From contig PGYB01000011.1 of NCBI GenBank assembly GCA_002839445.1, positions 13,817-77,816 on the forward strand: DNA of 64,000 nt. Reading direction: 5' to 3'. The notes below the pieces were generated by a model that saw nothing but the letters and a program-made list of their open reading frames with translations, had not been told where the DNA came from and did not search any database. Within the stretch, counting starts at the first letter, position 1; every line of letters starts with the position of its first letter. A program made the position numbers and the translations under genes. Shown one piece after another: positions 48,357 to 59,475 of this stretch. The DNA comes from Candidatus Riflebacteria bacterium HGW-Riflebacteria-1 (lineage in GTDB: Bacteria; Muiribacteriota; Ozemobacteria; Ozemobacterales; Ozemobacteraceae).

Positions 48357-48552
48357 AGTTTTTTGCTTTCCCGATGTTTTAGTGGTAAATATAATAGCAG
48401 ATAGCGGGAGCTAAAACTATTCTGTAAAATGCTACGGCGCAGCAATTGAGCTCCCAATAAGGTGACTGTGGTCTTGAGTGGCGCTTTGATAGCAGAGATT
48501 TTTCTTGACACGTTGCAGCAAAAACAATAGTATCAGCTGACTTGAGACAGGA

Positions 48553-49842
48553 ATGAAATGGAGGCCGGTAATGGTCACTGAGGTTGAAGCAAAGATAATC
48601 CTGGTGCTTAACTGCGGCAGTTCGTCACTTAAATACGATCTGGTCAGAATGCCGCATCGCGTGAGCCTTGGCCGCGGCATTGTTGAGCGCATCGGCGAAG
48701 AAAAAGGCGTGCTGGAACAGCGCTGTGGCGATAATAAGCTGGTGATCGAACAGGCTATTCGCGACCACAAAGAAGCGCTGGAACTGGTGATGCGCGCGAT
48801 TACCGACCCCGATGAAGGTATTGTCAAAAGTATCGTTGAGATCAGCGGCATTGGTCACCGTGTCGTACATGGTGGCGACAAATATTCGTCTTCAGTTGTT
48901 ATCGATCAGGGCGTGGTCGACGCCATCGAAGAGTTCATCGAACTCGCACCGCTGCACAATCCGCCTAACCTCACCGGCATTCTGGTCGCGCGCGAGCTCA
49001 TGCCGAAAGTCTCTCAAGTTGCTGTTTTCGACACGGCGTTTCATCAGACAATGCCGCCGCATGCCTATCTTTACGGGCTGCCGCGCAAGTTTTACGAAGA
49101 ACTTAAGATTCGCCGTTATGGCTTTCATGGCACCAGCCACCGCTATGTTTCGTCGCGCGCCCTGCATCTCTGTCGCCGTCACCCGATCAACACCAACCTG
49201 ATTTCGTGTCACCTCGGCAACGGCGCCTCGGTCACCGCGATCGCGCACGGCAAGTCGATAGATACCTCGATGGGCTTTACGCCGCTCGAAGGCATCATGA
49301 TGGGCACGCGCTCCGGCGACATTGACCCGGCGATTTTTGGTTACCTTATGGACCGCGGTTATTCTGCCAAGGATTTGATGAAGATCCTCAACAAAGAGAG
49401 CGGTCTTCTTGGTTTGAGTGGTCTTTCAAACGATATGCGTGATCTTGAAAAAGCAGCCGATGCCGGGAATCGGCGTGCCAAGGAAGCGATCGAGTGTTAC
49501 GCTTATCGGGTGCGCAAATATATTGGCGCTTATGCTGCCAACCTGGTCAAGCTCGACCTGCTGGTATTCACCGGCGGCATCGGTCAGCATGGCTGGCGCA
49601 TGCGCGAGCGTATCTGCCACCGCCTTGAGAACCTCGGGATCTGCATGAATTATAAATTAAACAAGGAGAAAGGGTCTAATGAGGGAGTCGTATCTGAAGC
49701 GCATTCGCCGGTCACCGTCATCGTGGTGCCGACCAACGAAGAGCTGCAGATCGCCATCGACGTCTATGATCTGGTTTTTGGCGGGGAATCTGAATACCGC
49801 CGGCGCCAGAGCGATATTTCAGTAGGTGTTGAGTCGGCATAA
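48553..49842 (+). CDS. ackA: Acetate kinase
   Basis: LVLNCGSSSLK, GHRVVHGG, APLHNP, FDTAFH, YGFHGTSH, PTNEE (start may be 48571). Confidence 0.97.
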   Translation: MKWRPVMVTEVEAKIILVLNCGSSSLKYDLVRMPHRVSLGRGIVERIGEEKGVLEQRCGDNKLVIEQAIRDHKEALELVMRAITDPDEGIVKSIVEISGIGHRVVHGGDKYSSSVVIDQGVVDAIEEFIELAPLHNPPNLTGILVARELMPKVSQVAVFDTAFHQTMPPHAYLYGLPRKFYEELKIRRYGFHGTSHRYVSSRALHLCRRHPINTNLISCHLGNGASVTAIAHGKSIDTSMGFTPLEGIMMGTRSGDIDPAIFGYLMDRGYSAKDLMKILNKESGLLGLSGLSNDMRDLEKAADAGNRRAKEAIECYAYRVRKYIGAYAANLVKLDLLVFTGGIGQHGWRMRERICHRLENLGICMNYKLNKEKGSNEGVVSEAHSPVTVIVVPTNEELQIAIDVYDLVFGGESEYRRRQSDISVGVESA

Positions 49843-49863
49843 GGCTTCCTGGCCTGGCTGAAA

Positions 49864-50472
49864 ATGCAACAAACAGTAGAGTATTACGAAAAAAATGCAG
49901 CAGAGCTAAGTGTCAGATATGAGAGCGTCAGCCTTGATTCTTTTCATCAGGCGCTGAACGAGTATTTTGATTCAGGAAGCTGCCTGCTGGAAGTTGGTTG
50001 CGGATCTGGTCGTGACGCTGCCCGCGCCGTAGCCAGCGGATTCGATGTGGCGGCCATTGATGCTTCACACCGGTTGTTGTCTGAGGCGCGCAAGTTGCAC
50101 CCTGAGCTTGATGGCCGCTTGTTTCAGCTGACGCTGCCCTGCCAGCTGCCGTTCGCCGACAAGACTTTTACCGGCTTTTACAGCGTGGCCTGCCTGATGC
50201 ATTTGTCGTCTGACGACTTGCGGTCGGTAATGAGCGAAATTAATCGGGTAGTGCGCTATGGCGGCCTGGTCTCGGTTCCCGCCTGCCGCCCTGATGTTGA
50301 TAGTTCAGGGCTTGACGACAAGGGTCGCGTTTTCAACATGATGCCAGTCAGTGAATGGTTGCGGCTTTTTGCTGCCAGCGGCTTTGTCGGCAGTGTCGGC
50401 TGCGAAGAACCAGACAGCCTCGGCCGTGACGGTATCAGCTGGGTAACCATCTCACTGAAAAACCGCGCCTGA
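49864..50472 (+). CDS. Class I SAM-dependent methyltransferase
   Basis: LEVGCGSGRD motif I. Confidence 0.9.
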   Translation: MQQTVEYYEKNAAELSVRYESVSLDSFHQALNEYFDSGSCLLEVGCGSGRDAARAVASGFDVAAIDASHRLLSEARKLHPELDGRLFQLTLPCQLPFADKTFTGFYSVACLMHLSSDDLRSVMSEINRVVRYGGLVSVPACRPDVDSSGLDDKGRVFNMMPVSEWLRLFAASGFVGSVGCEEPDSLGRDGISWVTISLKNRA

Positions 50473-50489
50473 CGCTGTCGCCAGAGAGG

Positions 50490-50891
50490 TCACTCTGCAA
50501 GAAGAAGACCGTGTTGGCAGTAGTCTTTTGCTCGCTTGTCGGCTGAAACAAAGGTCAATTTGTGACGCATGCATTGCCAGATCAGCAGCCGGTCAAAAGG
50601 GTCACGGTGCCCGGCCATCACCGGAAGCTGCCAGAAAGAAGCGAGGTCTTCGCTGTGCATCTCTTGAATCACATAACCGGCTTTTTCGGTTTCCAGCAGC
50701 AGTTGGCTCGGAGTGATTCCGGATAACTCGAGTTTGCCAAGCGAATATTTAAGCGAAATTTCCCAGAACGTGATCTGGCTGACAAACTTAATGCTCTGTG
50801 GCTTTGTCAGGATTCCTTTTACTTTGTCTCCGATGTTTTCAGGAGAAAAGAGGCTCCAGAGAAGGTAATGCGTGTCGACGAGGTAGTTCAT
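50490..50891 (-). CDS. PIN-domain toxin
   Basis: YLVDTHYLLW, WEISLK, HRDPFDRLL. Confidence 0.93.
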   Translation of the reverse strand: MNYLVDTHYLLWSLFSPENIGDKVKGILTKPQSIKFVSQITFWEISLKYSLGKLELSGITPSQLLLETEKAGYVIQEMHSEDLASFWQLPVMAGHRDPFDRLLIWQCMRHKLTFVSADKRAKDYCQHGLLLAE

Positions 50892-51127
50892 TCGCCAATC
50901 AGATAATCGTCGTCCAGGGCGAAATCTTTTTTTATCTTGCAGGTTGCTTTGTCCGCTAGATTGCCAAGCTTGATGACATTGCGCTGCCGATACTCATCAT
51001 AAGGTACGAGCACGGCCACATTCTCGTTCTTGCGGCCAAAGGCGACAACGATTTCTTCGCCCTGACGCAGCAGGTCGAGAATCATCGAAAACTTTGCTTT
51101 GAGCTCGCCAACATGCATTACTTTCAT
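50888..51127 (-). CDS. Phd/YefM-family antitoxin
   Basis: VGELKAKFS..GEEIVV..VAVLVPY; ATGA overlap with the toxin. Confidence 0.9.
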   Translation of the reverse strand: MKVMHVGELKAKFSMILDLLRQGEEIVVAFGRKNENVAVLVPYDEYRQRNVIKLGNLADKATCKIKKDFALDDDYLIGE

Positions 51128-51133
51128 ACTTTA

Positions 51134-51172
51134 ATCATATTTAATTCGTGACAACTTGTCAAGTTGTCACGA
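51134..51172 (-). promoter_or_regulatory. Leaderless TA promoter with 27-bp operator palindrome
   Basis: TTGACA (51162-51157), 17-bp spacer, TATGAT (51139-51134); inverted repeat TCGTGACAACTTG-T-CAAGTTGTCACGA at 51146-51172. Confidence 0.85.
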
Positions 51173-51190
51173 TATCGTTGATGCGGTGGA

Positions 51191-51817
51191 CTATGACTTT
51201 GGAGCTTTGGGCAGAACGTTGTTCAAGACGATCATCACGCCGACTGACAAAACTCCGAGAATGACAAAAACCGCCAGCATGGTATTGTCACCGGTTTTGG
51301 CCGCGCGAACTTTTGGGGTGTAACCGGCTGCTTTGCGCAATTCCTGCTGTTCATCGGGTATGCAGCCATGATAATCGCAGTAAATTACGGCAGAGTCAGA
51401 GAGGTCGCCGTAACTGCGCAGGTGACAGGATGGCTCAGGCATTACCATTGGCGATTTTACATACTTCGCGGTGACGAGCATGCCGCGGGCGTCGGCAACA
51501 TCGCTGAAATTAAGTGTTTTATACATGGTGGCGTTGTCCATGTTGTACATTTCGACTGCGCCCATGGTTACACGCTGGTAGGCGTAGCATGCTTTCGTTC
51601 GCGCCTCTGCTCGTGAGAGAGCCCGGCCGCCAAAAATTTTGCTCATTAAAGAGCTTTTTTCGCTGGCGATAACTTCAGCAACTGGCGGTTCCAGTATGGC
51701 TTCGGGAACCGGCCCGTACTTGTTGATCATTTCCTGATAGTTCTGCGAGTAGGCCATGACAGCACCAGCCAGCAGCAAAAACAGTGCTATTGCTGAAAAA
51801 AGTGTCTTAAAGCGCAT
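51191..51817 (-). CDS. Secreted, C-terminally anchored protein with pilin-like globular segment
   Basis: Signal peptide MRFKTLFSAIALFLL, KACYAYQRVTMGAVEMYNMD...CDYHG, C-terminal TM. Confidence 0.7.
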   Translation of the reverse strand: MRFKTLFSAIALFLLLAGAVMAYSQNYQEMINKYGPVPEAILEPPVAEVIASEKSSLMSKIFGGRALSRAEARTKACYAYQRVTMGAVEMYNMDNATMYKTLNFSDVADARGMLVTAKYVKSPMVMPEPSCHLRSYGDLSDSAVIYCDYHGCIPDEQQELRKAAGYTPKVRAAKTGDNTMLAVFVILGVLSVGVMIVLNNVLPKAPKS

Positions 51818-51979
51818 TGTCTGATCTCTCCCATGCTGTGAGGACTTTACGAGATATTCCGTTTGGACTATTTCTCGGGCAAGCTGATCATGATAATTAT
51901 ACAGGCTATCCGGCACATTTATCCACAGATTAAAGGATTATCGCTTCCTAAAACCATCTGCAAAATCACCCGGCTGCTG

Positions 51980-53512
51980 TTACCGCGACTCCAGCGCGAT
52001 GCGGTTGCGTTCGAGCAACGAACCATCGGCTCTGAACAGTTCTATAATCGCGTTGGTATAGTCGACTGCTGCTTTTACCTCGGCAATTCTCGCTGCGGTC
52101 AGGTCACGCTGCGCCTGAGCCACCTGAAAAGCTGTAGTTTTACCGACATTGAATTTTACTTCTTCAACGCGCAGCTTTTCGAGCTGTTTCTGGGAAGTCG
52201 CGGCGGTCGCGGTCATCTGCTGAATTGTGCGCTTTACTTCGATAAAAGCCTGAATTACGTCTTCTTTGATGATCTGTTCGAGGTTGCGAATTGATTCAAG
52301 GCGCATTTCGCGTGAGGTTTTCGCGCGTTTGAGCTCAGCGCGGGCAGCACGCCGGCCGCGGCTGATTTCGTAGATAAAGCCGGCATTGATGTCGTAAGAG
52401 CCATGGTTGTCAAGTCTCGCGGATTGGCCCAGGGCATCTGCGTAGCCGCTCTTGCCAATGCTCGCGAAGAAATCGAGTCTGGGCAAAATACCGTTCGCAC
52501 TTTGCACGACATCGAGCGCGTCTTTTTGACTTAACAACTTGGCCTGAGCGAGTTCTGGGCGCTTAAGCAGCGCTGTCTGCAGGTGGTGGTCAAGGTCGAG
52601 TTCATCGGGATGTCTGAGCAAAGGTGCGTCAGTCAGTTCGGGGCGCAGTTTCCAGAAATTTTCGCTGTCATGGTTGATGGCGCGCAACAGGGCAACAGCG
52701 GCGGTTACCGCCTGACTCTCGGCATTGATAAGCTCTTCATATCTGAGAGCAACTTCGGCTTCGGCGGCGGCGGCCTCAGATTCTGCAATGCTGCCGGCTT
52801 CTATACGTCGGCCGGTTTCTTCGCGCTGCCTTTTGGCGAGTTCGAGCGATTCGCTGACGATTTCAAGCTGGCGCAAGCGCAGGTAATACTGCCAGTACAG
52901 GGTTTCAACCCTGGCGGCAAGACCAAGCACAAAGCCCTGCAGTTCAAACTCAGACCAGTCGAGGTCGAGTTCGGCCTTGCGCAGAGACACCAGGTTAACT
53001 GCCCGGCCAGCACCGCGGCGCAGCGGGTGTGCAAGGTTCAGGCCCAGTCTGGTGGCATAGAGGTCGTTCGTTGTTGCAGAGCGGCTTCGCGACTGACTGA
53101 GTTCAAGAGACGTTCTGGTGCCCGAAGTAGTGAGCTGCTCAAGCGATACAGCGGCATTTGTCGTGTTGCTGATTGAGTCGTTGAGCCTGCCCTGCTGTGA
53201 AAGGGACTTTCCGACGCGCTCGCTGCCAGACAACTCGGCGTTCACAGCCGGGTCAAAGCGTGCTTTTTCTTTTTCTACAACGGTTTCGCTGAGCTGTGGC
53301 CGGAAGTTTTCGACATTGAGGGCAAGGTTATTTGATAGTGCGCTGTTGAGCGCATCGTCAAGCGAAATCAGCAGCGCTGATGTGTCGCTGGCGAAGATGT
53401 TAAATGCCCCATACTCCTTGCATACCGATTTCTGCGGATCATCAACTTCAGCTGCCAAGGGCGCAACAGTTAAAATGATCAGTGCCAACGCCGATACAAT
53501 AAGCTTTTTCAT
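51980..53512 (-). CDS. TolC-family outer membrane efflux protein
   Basis: ISLDDALNSALSNN, two OEP helical repeats, position in operon. Confidence 0.92.
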   Translation of the reverse strand: MKKLIVSALALIILTVAPLAAEVDDPQKSVCKEYGAFNIFASDTSALLISLDDALNSALSNNLALNVENFRPQLSETVVEKEKARFDPAVNAELSGSERVGKSLSQQGRLNDSISNTTNAAVSLEQLTTSGTRTSLELSQSRSRSATTNDLYATRLGLNLAHPLRRGAGRAVNLVSLRKAELDLDWSEFELQGFVLGLAARVETLYWQYYLRLRQLEIVSESLELAKRQREETGRRIEAGSIAESEAAAAEAEVALRYEELINAESQAVTAAVALLRAINHDSENFWKLRPELTDAPLLRHPDELDLDHHLQTALLKRPELAQAKLLSQKDALDVVQSANGILPRLDFFASIGKSGYADALGQSARLDNHGSYDINAGFIYEISRGRRAARAELKRAKTSREMRLESIRNLEQIIKEDVIQAFIEVKRTIQQMTATAATSQKQLEKLRVEEVKFNVGKTTAFQVAQAQRDLTAARIAEVKAAVDYTNAIIELFRADGSLLERNRIALESR

Positions 53513-56500
53513 GCGGTTGCCTCATCGTCTTGTTTTTTTTCAAAGGGCTTGCTGCGAAATGCCTGCTCAAATTCATAGTAAACTATAGGGATGAACAGCA
53601 GTGAAATGAAGGTTGAACAGATGAGGCCGCCGATAACCGCGCGGGCCATGGGTGCCTGCACTTCTCCGCCTTCGCCAATGCCTATAGCCAGAGGTAGCAG
53701 GCCAAGCATCGTGGTCAGTGCTGTCATCATGATCGGGCGGCAGCGGTCGTGCGTCGCTTCTCTGATAATGCCCATCAGATCAGTACGCCCGGAACTACGC
53801 AGATCGTTGATGTGATCAACCAGCAGAATCGAGTTGTTTACCACGATACCGCCGAGCATGATACAGCCGATGAACGACTGCACGTTCAGCGTAGTGCCGG
53901 TAAAATAAAGCATGGGAATTACCCCGAGCAGTGAAAAAGGCACGGTGAACATGACGATTATCGGGTCGTAAAGGGACTCATATTGCACGGCCATGACCAT
54001 GTATACAAGGATTAACGCGAGGAAGAAGCTGAAAAGCAGCTCTCTGAAAGATTTCTGCTGTTCTTCGTAATCGCCAGCCATAACGATACTGAAATTGGCG
54101 GGAAGCGGTATTTCGCGAAGCTTTTGCTGAACTTCCTGAATTACAAAGCCCAGCGCGCGACCTTCGACGTTGGCAGAGACATTGAGCACACGTTCCTGAT
54201 CGCGGCGCTCGACCTGGGTCGGGCCCTGCTGGCTTTCAATGTGCGCGATGTTGCGCAGCATGACCTGCTTGCCGGCTGAATTGGTAACGGTCATGTTCAA
54301 TATCTCGTCGAGTTTCATGAACTCGGCATCACGTGCCTTGACCAGTATGCGATATTCATCGCCGCCCTCGCGCAGATTGCCGGCACTGCTGCCTGACATC
54401 ATGGTTTCGAGAAACGATGAAACCTTGGCAATAGTCAGTTTCTGGTCGGCTGCTTTGGCGCGGTCGATGACGACGAGACGTTCAGGTACCCCTTTTTCGC
54501 GAGAAAGCTGAACATCGGTGATGCCTTCGACGCCTTTCAGCATTGCCTGCACATCGGCGCCGAGCAGGTCGGCGGTCTTGAAGTCGAAACCGCGAATCTG
54601 AACTTCGAGCTTATCGGCATTGCCAGAGCCCATGCGCATCATAAACATGCCCTGGCCTTCTCTGATTCTAATTACAGCTCCTGGGGTATTCACCAGCTTA
54701 CGGCGAAGTTCGGCAGAAACTGCGGCGCTGCTGCGCTTGCGCTCTTTGCTGCCTTTAAGCGGCACTCTTATCGAGCCGCTGTTCAGTGCTCCTCCTCCTC
54801 CTCCCATACCGCCGCCAACGTTGACAAAAACGGTTTCGGCTTCAGGAACGGTTTCCATGATAACTTTTTCGGCGACGGTAAAGATGCGCTCTACCAGGCT
54901 CAGGCGGGTGCCTTCTTCCAGTTCGAGGTTCACCCGCACTTCGCCTTCGTCAGCTGTTGGCATGAGTTCGGTGCCAATGTTTCTGGCGAGACCGAGAGCC
55001 AGTGCCGATACTATCCCAAGCACGAACACTGCTTTTTTGCGATGTTGCAGTACTACGTCGAGCGCAAAACGATGGGCAGCGAGCAGTGTGTTGATAACCT
55101 TCTCTGAGAAGCGCCGGAAAATTCCCTTTCTGTCATTGCTGATGTTCAAATACCTTGAAGTAAGCATAGGAACGATAGTCAGCGCGATCAGCATTGAGCA
55201 GAGCAGCGAAAAGCCGACGATGTAGGCGAGCTGTTTGAACATTACTCCGGTCATGCCTTCAACAAAAAGCAGTGGCAGAAAGATAACAACCGTGGTCATA
55301 GTACTCGCCAGAACCGGCATGGCGACTTCTGAGCTGCCGGCTATCGCTGCCTGCATCATGCCAAGGCCTCTTTCGCGGTGCCTGAAAATGTTTTCGAGCA
55401 CGACGATCGAGTTGTCGACGAGCATACCGATGCCCAGCGCAACGCCGCCAAGTGACATGATGTTGAGCGTGAAACCGAAGTAATACATCAGAGCGAAGGT
55501 AGCGATAATCGAAACCGGGATCGCCGTGCCGATAATCGCTGTGCTGGCCAGGTTGCCGAGAAACAGCTGGAGAATAACAATAGCCAGAAGGCCGCCATAA
55601 AAGGCCGACGTGCTGACATTGTTGATTGAGCGCTCAATGTATTTGGAACTGTCGACAATAGGTGCCAGCCTGAGCTGAGGAATTTCCTGATTGATTTTTT
55701 CGAGCTCGCTCTTTACCGCTTTGGCGACCGCTACTGTATTGCTGCCAGACTGCTTGTTAACCATTACGCGCACGCCAGGCTTGCCGTTTATGCGAACTAT
55801 GCTGCGTCTTTTTTCCCAGAGGTCGAGTACATTTGCGACGTCGCGCAGTCTGATCAGCTTGCCGGCAGTCTCGCCAATGACCAGGCGTTCGATTTCTTTA
55901 ACATTTTTGAACTCGCCGGGGGTGCGCAGTCGAAGTTCATAATTGCCAGATTCGATCAGACCGGCCGGCAGGTTGAGATTTTCGGCGCGCAGTCGGCTGA
56001 TAACCTGATCTGGCGCAATTCTTAGCGCTCGAACGCGGTTGATGTCGATGTTTACCTGAATTTCTCGCTGGCTGCCGCCCATGACATCAATAGCGGCAAC
56101 TCCTGGAATGCGCTCGATGCGATATTTAACCTGGTCTTCAATGAGATTGAGCATCTGAACCGGGTCGAGATCGCTCGACGCACCAATGATCAATACCGGC
56201 AATGCTGCCGCGTCGAATTTGCGAATGGTCGGGCGTTCGACATCTTCGGGCAGGCGCGCCATGATGCGGTCGATACGGTCGCGCAGGTCGTTAGATGCTG
56301 CGTCGAGATCGATTCCCCAGGCAAATGAAATGCGTACGCGGCTGTTGCCTTCGGTCGAAGTAGAATTGATCTCCTCAACGCCGGGAACCGCGGCGACGGC
56401 CTGTTCTATCGGTCTGGTAATCAAGGTTTCAACTTCTGTCGGGCTGGCATTTGAATAGCGCGCGCTGACCGTGATTGTTGGATAAGTGATGTCTGGCATC

Positions 56501-56607
56501 AGGTCTACAGGCAGTTTATACAAAGAAATTACGCCGAAAATGATAACAATGCACATGATCATTGTTACACCAATTGGGCGCTTTACCGAAATATCAGCAA
56601 GAATCAT
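53509..56607 (-). CDS. RND efflux permease (AcrB/SwrC-like)
   Basis: [32 protein letters not shown]. Confidence 0.95.
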   Translation of the reverse strand: MILADISVKRPIGVTMIMCIVIIFGVISLYKLPVDLMPDITYPTITVSARYSNASPTEVETLITRPIEQAVAAVPGVEEINSTSTEGNSRVRISFAWGIDLDAASNDLRDRIDRIMARLPEDVERPTIRKFDAAALPVLIIGASSDLDPVQMLNLIEDQVKYRIERIPGVAAIDVMGGSQREIQVNIDINRVRALRIAPDQVISRLRAENLNLPAGLIESGNYELRLRTPGEFKNVKEIERLVIGETAGKLIRLRDVANVLDLWEKRRSIVRINGKPGVRVMVNKQSGSNTVAVAKAVKSELEKINQEIPQLRLAPIVDSSKYIERSINNVSTSAFYGGLLAIVILQLFLGNLASTAIIGTAIPVSIIATFALMYYFGFTLNIMSLGGVALGIGMLVDNSIVVLENIFRHRERGLGMMQAAIAGSSEVAMPVLASTMTTVVIFLPLLFVEGMTGVMFKQLAYIVGFSLLCSMLIALTIVPMLTSRYLNISNDRKGIFRRFSEKVINTLLAAHRFALDVVLQHRKKAVFVLGIVSALALGLARNIGTELMPTADEGEVRVNLELEEGTRLSLVERIFTVAEKVIMETVPEAETVFVNVGGGMGGGGGALNSGSIRVPLKGSKERKRSSAAVSAELRRKLVNTPGAVIRIREGQGMFMMRMGSGNADKLEVQIRGFDFKTADLLGADVQAMLKGVEGITDVQLSREKGVPERLVVIDRAKAADQKLTIAKVSSFLETMMSGSSAGNLREGGDEYRILVKARDAEFMKLDEILNMTVTNSAGKQVMLRNIAHIESQQGPTQVERRDQERVLNVSANVEGRALGFVIQEVQQKLREIPLPANFSIVMAGDYEEQQKSFRELLFSFFLALILVYMVMAVQYESLYDPIIVMFTVPFSLLGVIPMLYFTGTTLNVQSFIGCIMLGGIVVNNSILLVDHINDLRSSGRTDLMGIIREATHDRCRPIMMTALTTMLGLLPLAIGIGEGGEVQAPMARAVIGGLICSTFISLLFIPIVYYEFEQAFRSKPFEKKQDDEATA

Positions 56608-57854
56608 CGCTGCTGACCGCCTTTCGCGGCAGATGGGCCTTTGCCTTGTCTTTTGCTGCCGCTGTCGGCTTTTGCTGTCGCGGCGGTCTGCCCGGCGAGA
56701 ATGACTGCCATGCCGTCTTCAAGCAGATGATGGCCGATGGTGACTACATCACCAGATAGTGTGGGCGAAGCAATTTCGACAAGCTCTCCTTCGGTGAACG
56801 CGATCTGCACCGGCACAAAATTGGCTGTTTCGTTGGTATGATCGATCAGGAAAACGCCTTCGCGCTCGTTACGGCGAACCAGTGCCGAAGCCGGCACTAC
56901 TGTCGCATGCTCGTGCACCTGATAGATCAGGCGGGCTCTGATAAACATGCCCGGTTTGAGCTGGAAGTCCGGATTGGAGAGCTCAAGCTCGATTCTTGCC
57001 TGGCGCGACGCTTCGTCGAGCATTGGCGATATGCGCGATACCCGCGCATTATAAACGCGTCCGGGCAGTGCTGATATTTCGATTTCGGCATTGAGGCCGA
57101 CTCGGATCTTGAAATAATCCTGTTCGACAACGTCGATGACCGCGGTAAGCGTGGCGATATCGATAACCGATACTATCGGCGTATTGGCTGATATCATCGC
57201 GCCTTCGTTAAGAAAGCGCTCAGCTATGAATCTTCTGCCATTGCTGTCGCTCCATGAAGCACCAACTTTCGCGTAAGAAAGCCTGACCTTTACCGTTTCA
57301 AGAGCGGCTTCTTTCTGGCTCAACAGAGCGCGGTTTACCTGGTGCCTGGCCTGCCGCGTCTTGTGTGCCGCCTGGGCATTCTCGACGTCGACATCAGAAG
57401 AAACTTTCTGTTGCCGCATGGTTTTAACCCGATCAAGCTCGCGCTGCGAAATTTCTAAAAGCCCGCTGCTCTCGTTAAAATTGGCGCGGGCGATTTCCAG
57501 ATCGGCCTCAGCCTGCTTGACGGCCAGCAGCAGTTCTTCATCGTCAAGAGTCGCAACCGTCTCGCCATTGCTGATGCTGTCGCCAATATCGACAAACAGC
57601 TTTTTTAGTCGCCCGGAAATTTTGGGAGCGACCATGAATTTTGACTTTGACTCGATTGAACCGACAAAGCGACCTTCATCAACCAGACTGCTTATTCTCG
57701 CTGCTACGGTCTCAACAGCAACCTTTGCGCCGCCGCCCGGTCCGCGGCGCCCGCCACTCTGGCCTGCCGACTGCCCCTGCATTTTTTGCACGCCATAGAT
57801 AAGTGCACCGGCAATAGCCAGTCCTAACAAGAAGGTCAGCATAAATTTTTTCAT
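56604..57854 (-). CDS. RND periplasmic adaptor (MFP)
   Basis: VAPKISGRL..VDIGD, LKPGMF, VVPASAL; GGAGAG SD before the ATG at 57854. Confidence 0.93.
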   Translation of the reverse strand: MKKFMLTFLLGLAIAGALIYGVQKMQGQSAGQSGGRRGPGGGAKVAVETVAARISSLVDEGRFVGSIESKSKFMVAPKISGRLKKLFVDIGDSISNGETVATLDDEELLLAVKQAEADLEIARANFNESSGLLEISQRELDRVKTMRQQKVSSDVDVENAQAAHKTRQARHQVNRALLSQKEAALETVKVRLSYAKVGASWSDSNGRRFIAERFLNEGAMISANTPIVSVIDIATLTAVIDVVEQDYFKIRVGLNAEIEISALPGRVYNARVSRISPMLDEASRQARIELELSNPDFQLKPGMFIRARLIYQVHEHATVVPASALVRRNEREGVFLIDHTNETANFVPVQIAFTEGELVEIASPTLSGDVVTIGHHLLEDGMAVILAGQTAATAKADSGSKRQGKGPSAAKGGQQR

Positions 57855-57995
57855 TATTCTCTCCTGCCACATGCTCCCCGCATCTGGTATATCTGATAAT
57901 TTTGTGTGCGTAACTATAGCACAATTTGATTTTACTATTGAACCCGCTTTACATTACTTAACATTGCGGCCATTCCCGTCTCTGCTATCTTCTAT

Positions 57996-58085
57996 TAATC
58001 GTAATCGTAATCGTAATCGTAATCGTAATCGTAATCGTAATCGTAATCGTAATCGTAATCGTAATCGTAATCGTAATCGTAATCG
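57996..58085. repeat. (TAATCG)15 simple sequence repeat
   Basis: 15 perfect hexamer copies. Confidence 0.97.
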
Positions 58086-58329
58086 CACCTGGGCGCGCCG
58101 TATCCTCGGGCGCCCTGGCACTAGCGCATCCTGCGCGTCGTAATCGCACCTGGGCGCGCCGACCCGGGGAGCCCTGCGGGATACGCTGCTCTAACGGCTA
58201 GCCACTCCCGGTTAAGGACTGCGGGATACGTGGCTCTAATGGCTAAAAGCCATAAGAGCCACCTAAAGAGCAGCCTAATCCTCGGGCGCCCTGGCACTAG
58301 CGCATCCTGCGCGTCGTAATCGTAATCGT
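58080..58329. repeat. Composite repeat element with 45-bp direct repeats and a nested hairpin
   Basis: 58102-58146 is identical to 58278-58322. Confidence 0.85.
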
Positions 58330-58422
58330 TCATACTGACTGCATTTTTTTTGTGGGCTTTCTGAAACAGCTGACTTGAGGTAGAATTAGTGTACTGGTTA
58401 AGACAAGTCACAGGAGTTAGTC

Positions 58423-59466
58423 ATGATAAAGAGATTTTTACCATTGATAGCCATGCTGCTATTGTCGTGCAGTTTGCTGGCGCAAGCCGGTGGTCCTTTT
58501 GCCGTAGACTCGGCATCATCTGACGCCAATGCATCGGTTATCGCCTCATTTAGTGCCGGTTCAGGTGATGCTGAAGCAAAGCAGGCCAGAAAAGGTCTGC
58601 TGGCGGCGATTATTGATTTTATCAAAGAACTGTTTGGCGGATCTTTTGCGGGCTCCAAGGCTGAAGCTGATATTGTCAACACGCTTGACCGCGCGCTGGC
58701 AAACACGCAGCAGCAGAAAAAGGCAGCAGGTTCGACCGCAAAAAGCGCAGGCTCAACCGCAAAGGGTGCGATTGCCTCAGCAACGGCTGCGATAGAGCGC
58801 CGGGCCGCCGAGCTGAAAGCAAAAATTCCGCAGCTGGTTAAGCACGAATCAACTGGCAGCAAAAGCATTTCGGTTGGTTCGCCCAGTTTTAAGAGCTGGT
58901 TCGATGAAGCTGCCAGGCACTCTACGTCATGGGAGTTTCCGGATGTTACCAATAAATATGGCCAGAAAATAAGCCGCGAAGACTATCTGCGCGCCATAAT
59001 CTGGATCGAGAGTCGTGGCATTCACCAGGATAACCGCGGTCGTGTGACCAAGAGCTGGGCCGGTGCAGTTGGATTTATGCAATTAATGCCGAATACCGCC
59101 CGTGGACTCAAAGTTAATCCTTCTGATGCCGCGCAAAATCTCAAAGGCGGCGCCAAATACCTGGGCGAAATTTTCAACAGTGGCAGCGTGAGTAAAAAGA
59201 GCGGCGCTGAAAAGCTGATCATGGGAGCCTGCGCCTATAATCTCGGGCCATTTTCCAAAAGCATGAAGATGTCATGGGAACAGCTGAAGACTGCTAAGAT
59301 CCCGGTTGAGACAAGATCTTATGGCCTTAAAATGAAAATGGCCCTGGGTCTTGAACTCAGCGCTGCCGAAAAGACACTTGCTGATGAGTGGTTCGTGCCA
59401 AAAGACAAGAACGTTGACGAATTCACTGATGAGTTTTACGCTCATGCACAGGGCATTGCCAGATAA
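58423..59466 (+). CDS. Secreted SLT-domain lytic transglycosylase
   Basis: AIIWIES, GAVGFMQLMPNTA, NLKGGAKYL, AYNLG. Confidence 0.92.
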   Translation: MIKRFLPLIAMLLLSCSLLAQAGGPFAVDSASSDANASVIASFSAGSGDAEAKQARKGLLAAIIDFIKELFGGSFAGSKAEADIVNTLDRALANTQQQKKAAGSTAKSAGSTAKGAIASATAAIERRAAELKAKIPQLVKHESTGSKSISVGSPSFKSWFDEAARHSTSWEFPDVTNKYGQKISREDYLRAIIWIESRGIHQDNRGRVTKSWAGAVGFMQLMPNTARGLKVNPSDAAQNLKGGAKYLGEIFNSGSVSKKSGAEKLIMGACAYNLGPFSKSMKMSWEQLKTAKIPVETRSYGLKMKMALGLELSAAEKTLADEWFVPKDKNVDEFTDEFYAHAQGIAR

Positions 59467-59475
59467 GGAAAAAAT

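Noticed and set aside
57871..58143. ORF with poly-(RN) tract
   Set aside because: Translation of the TAATCG microsatellite
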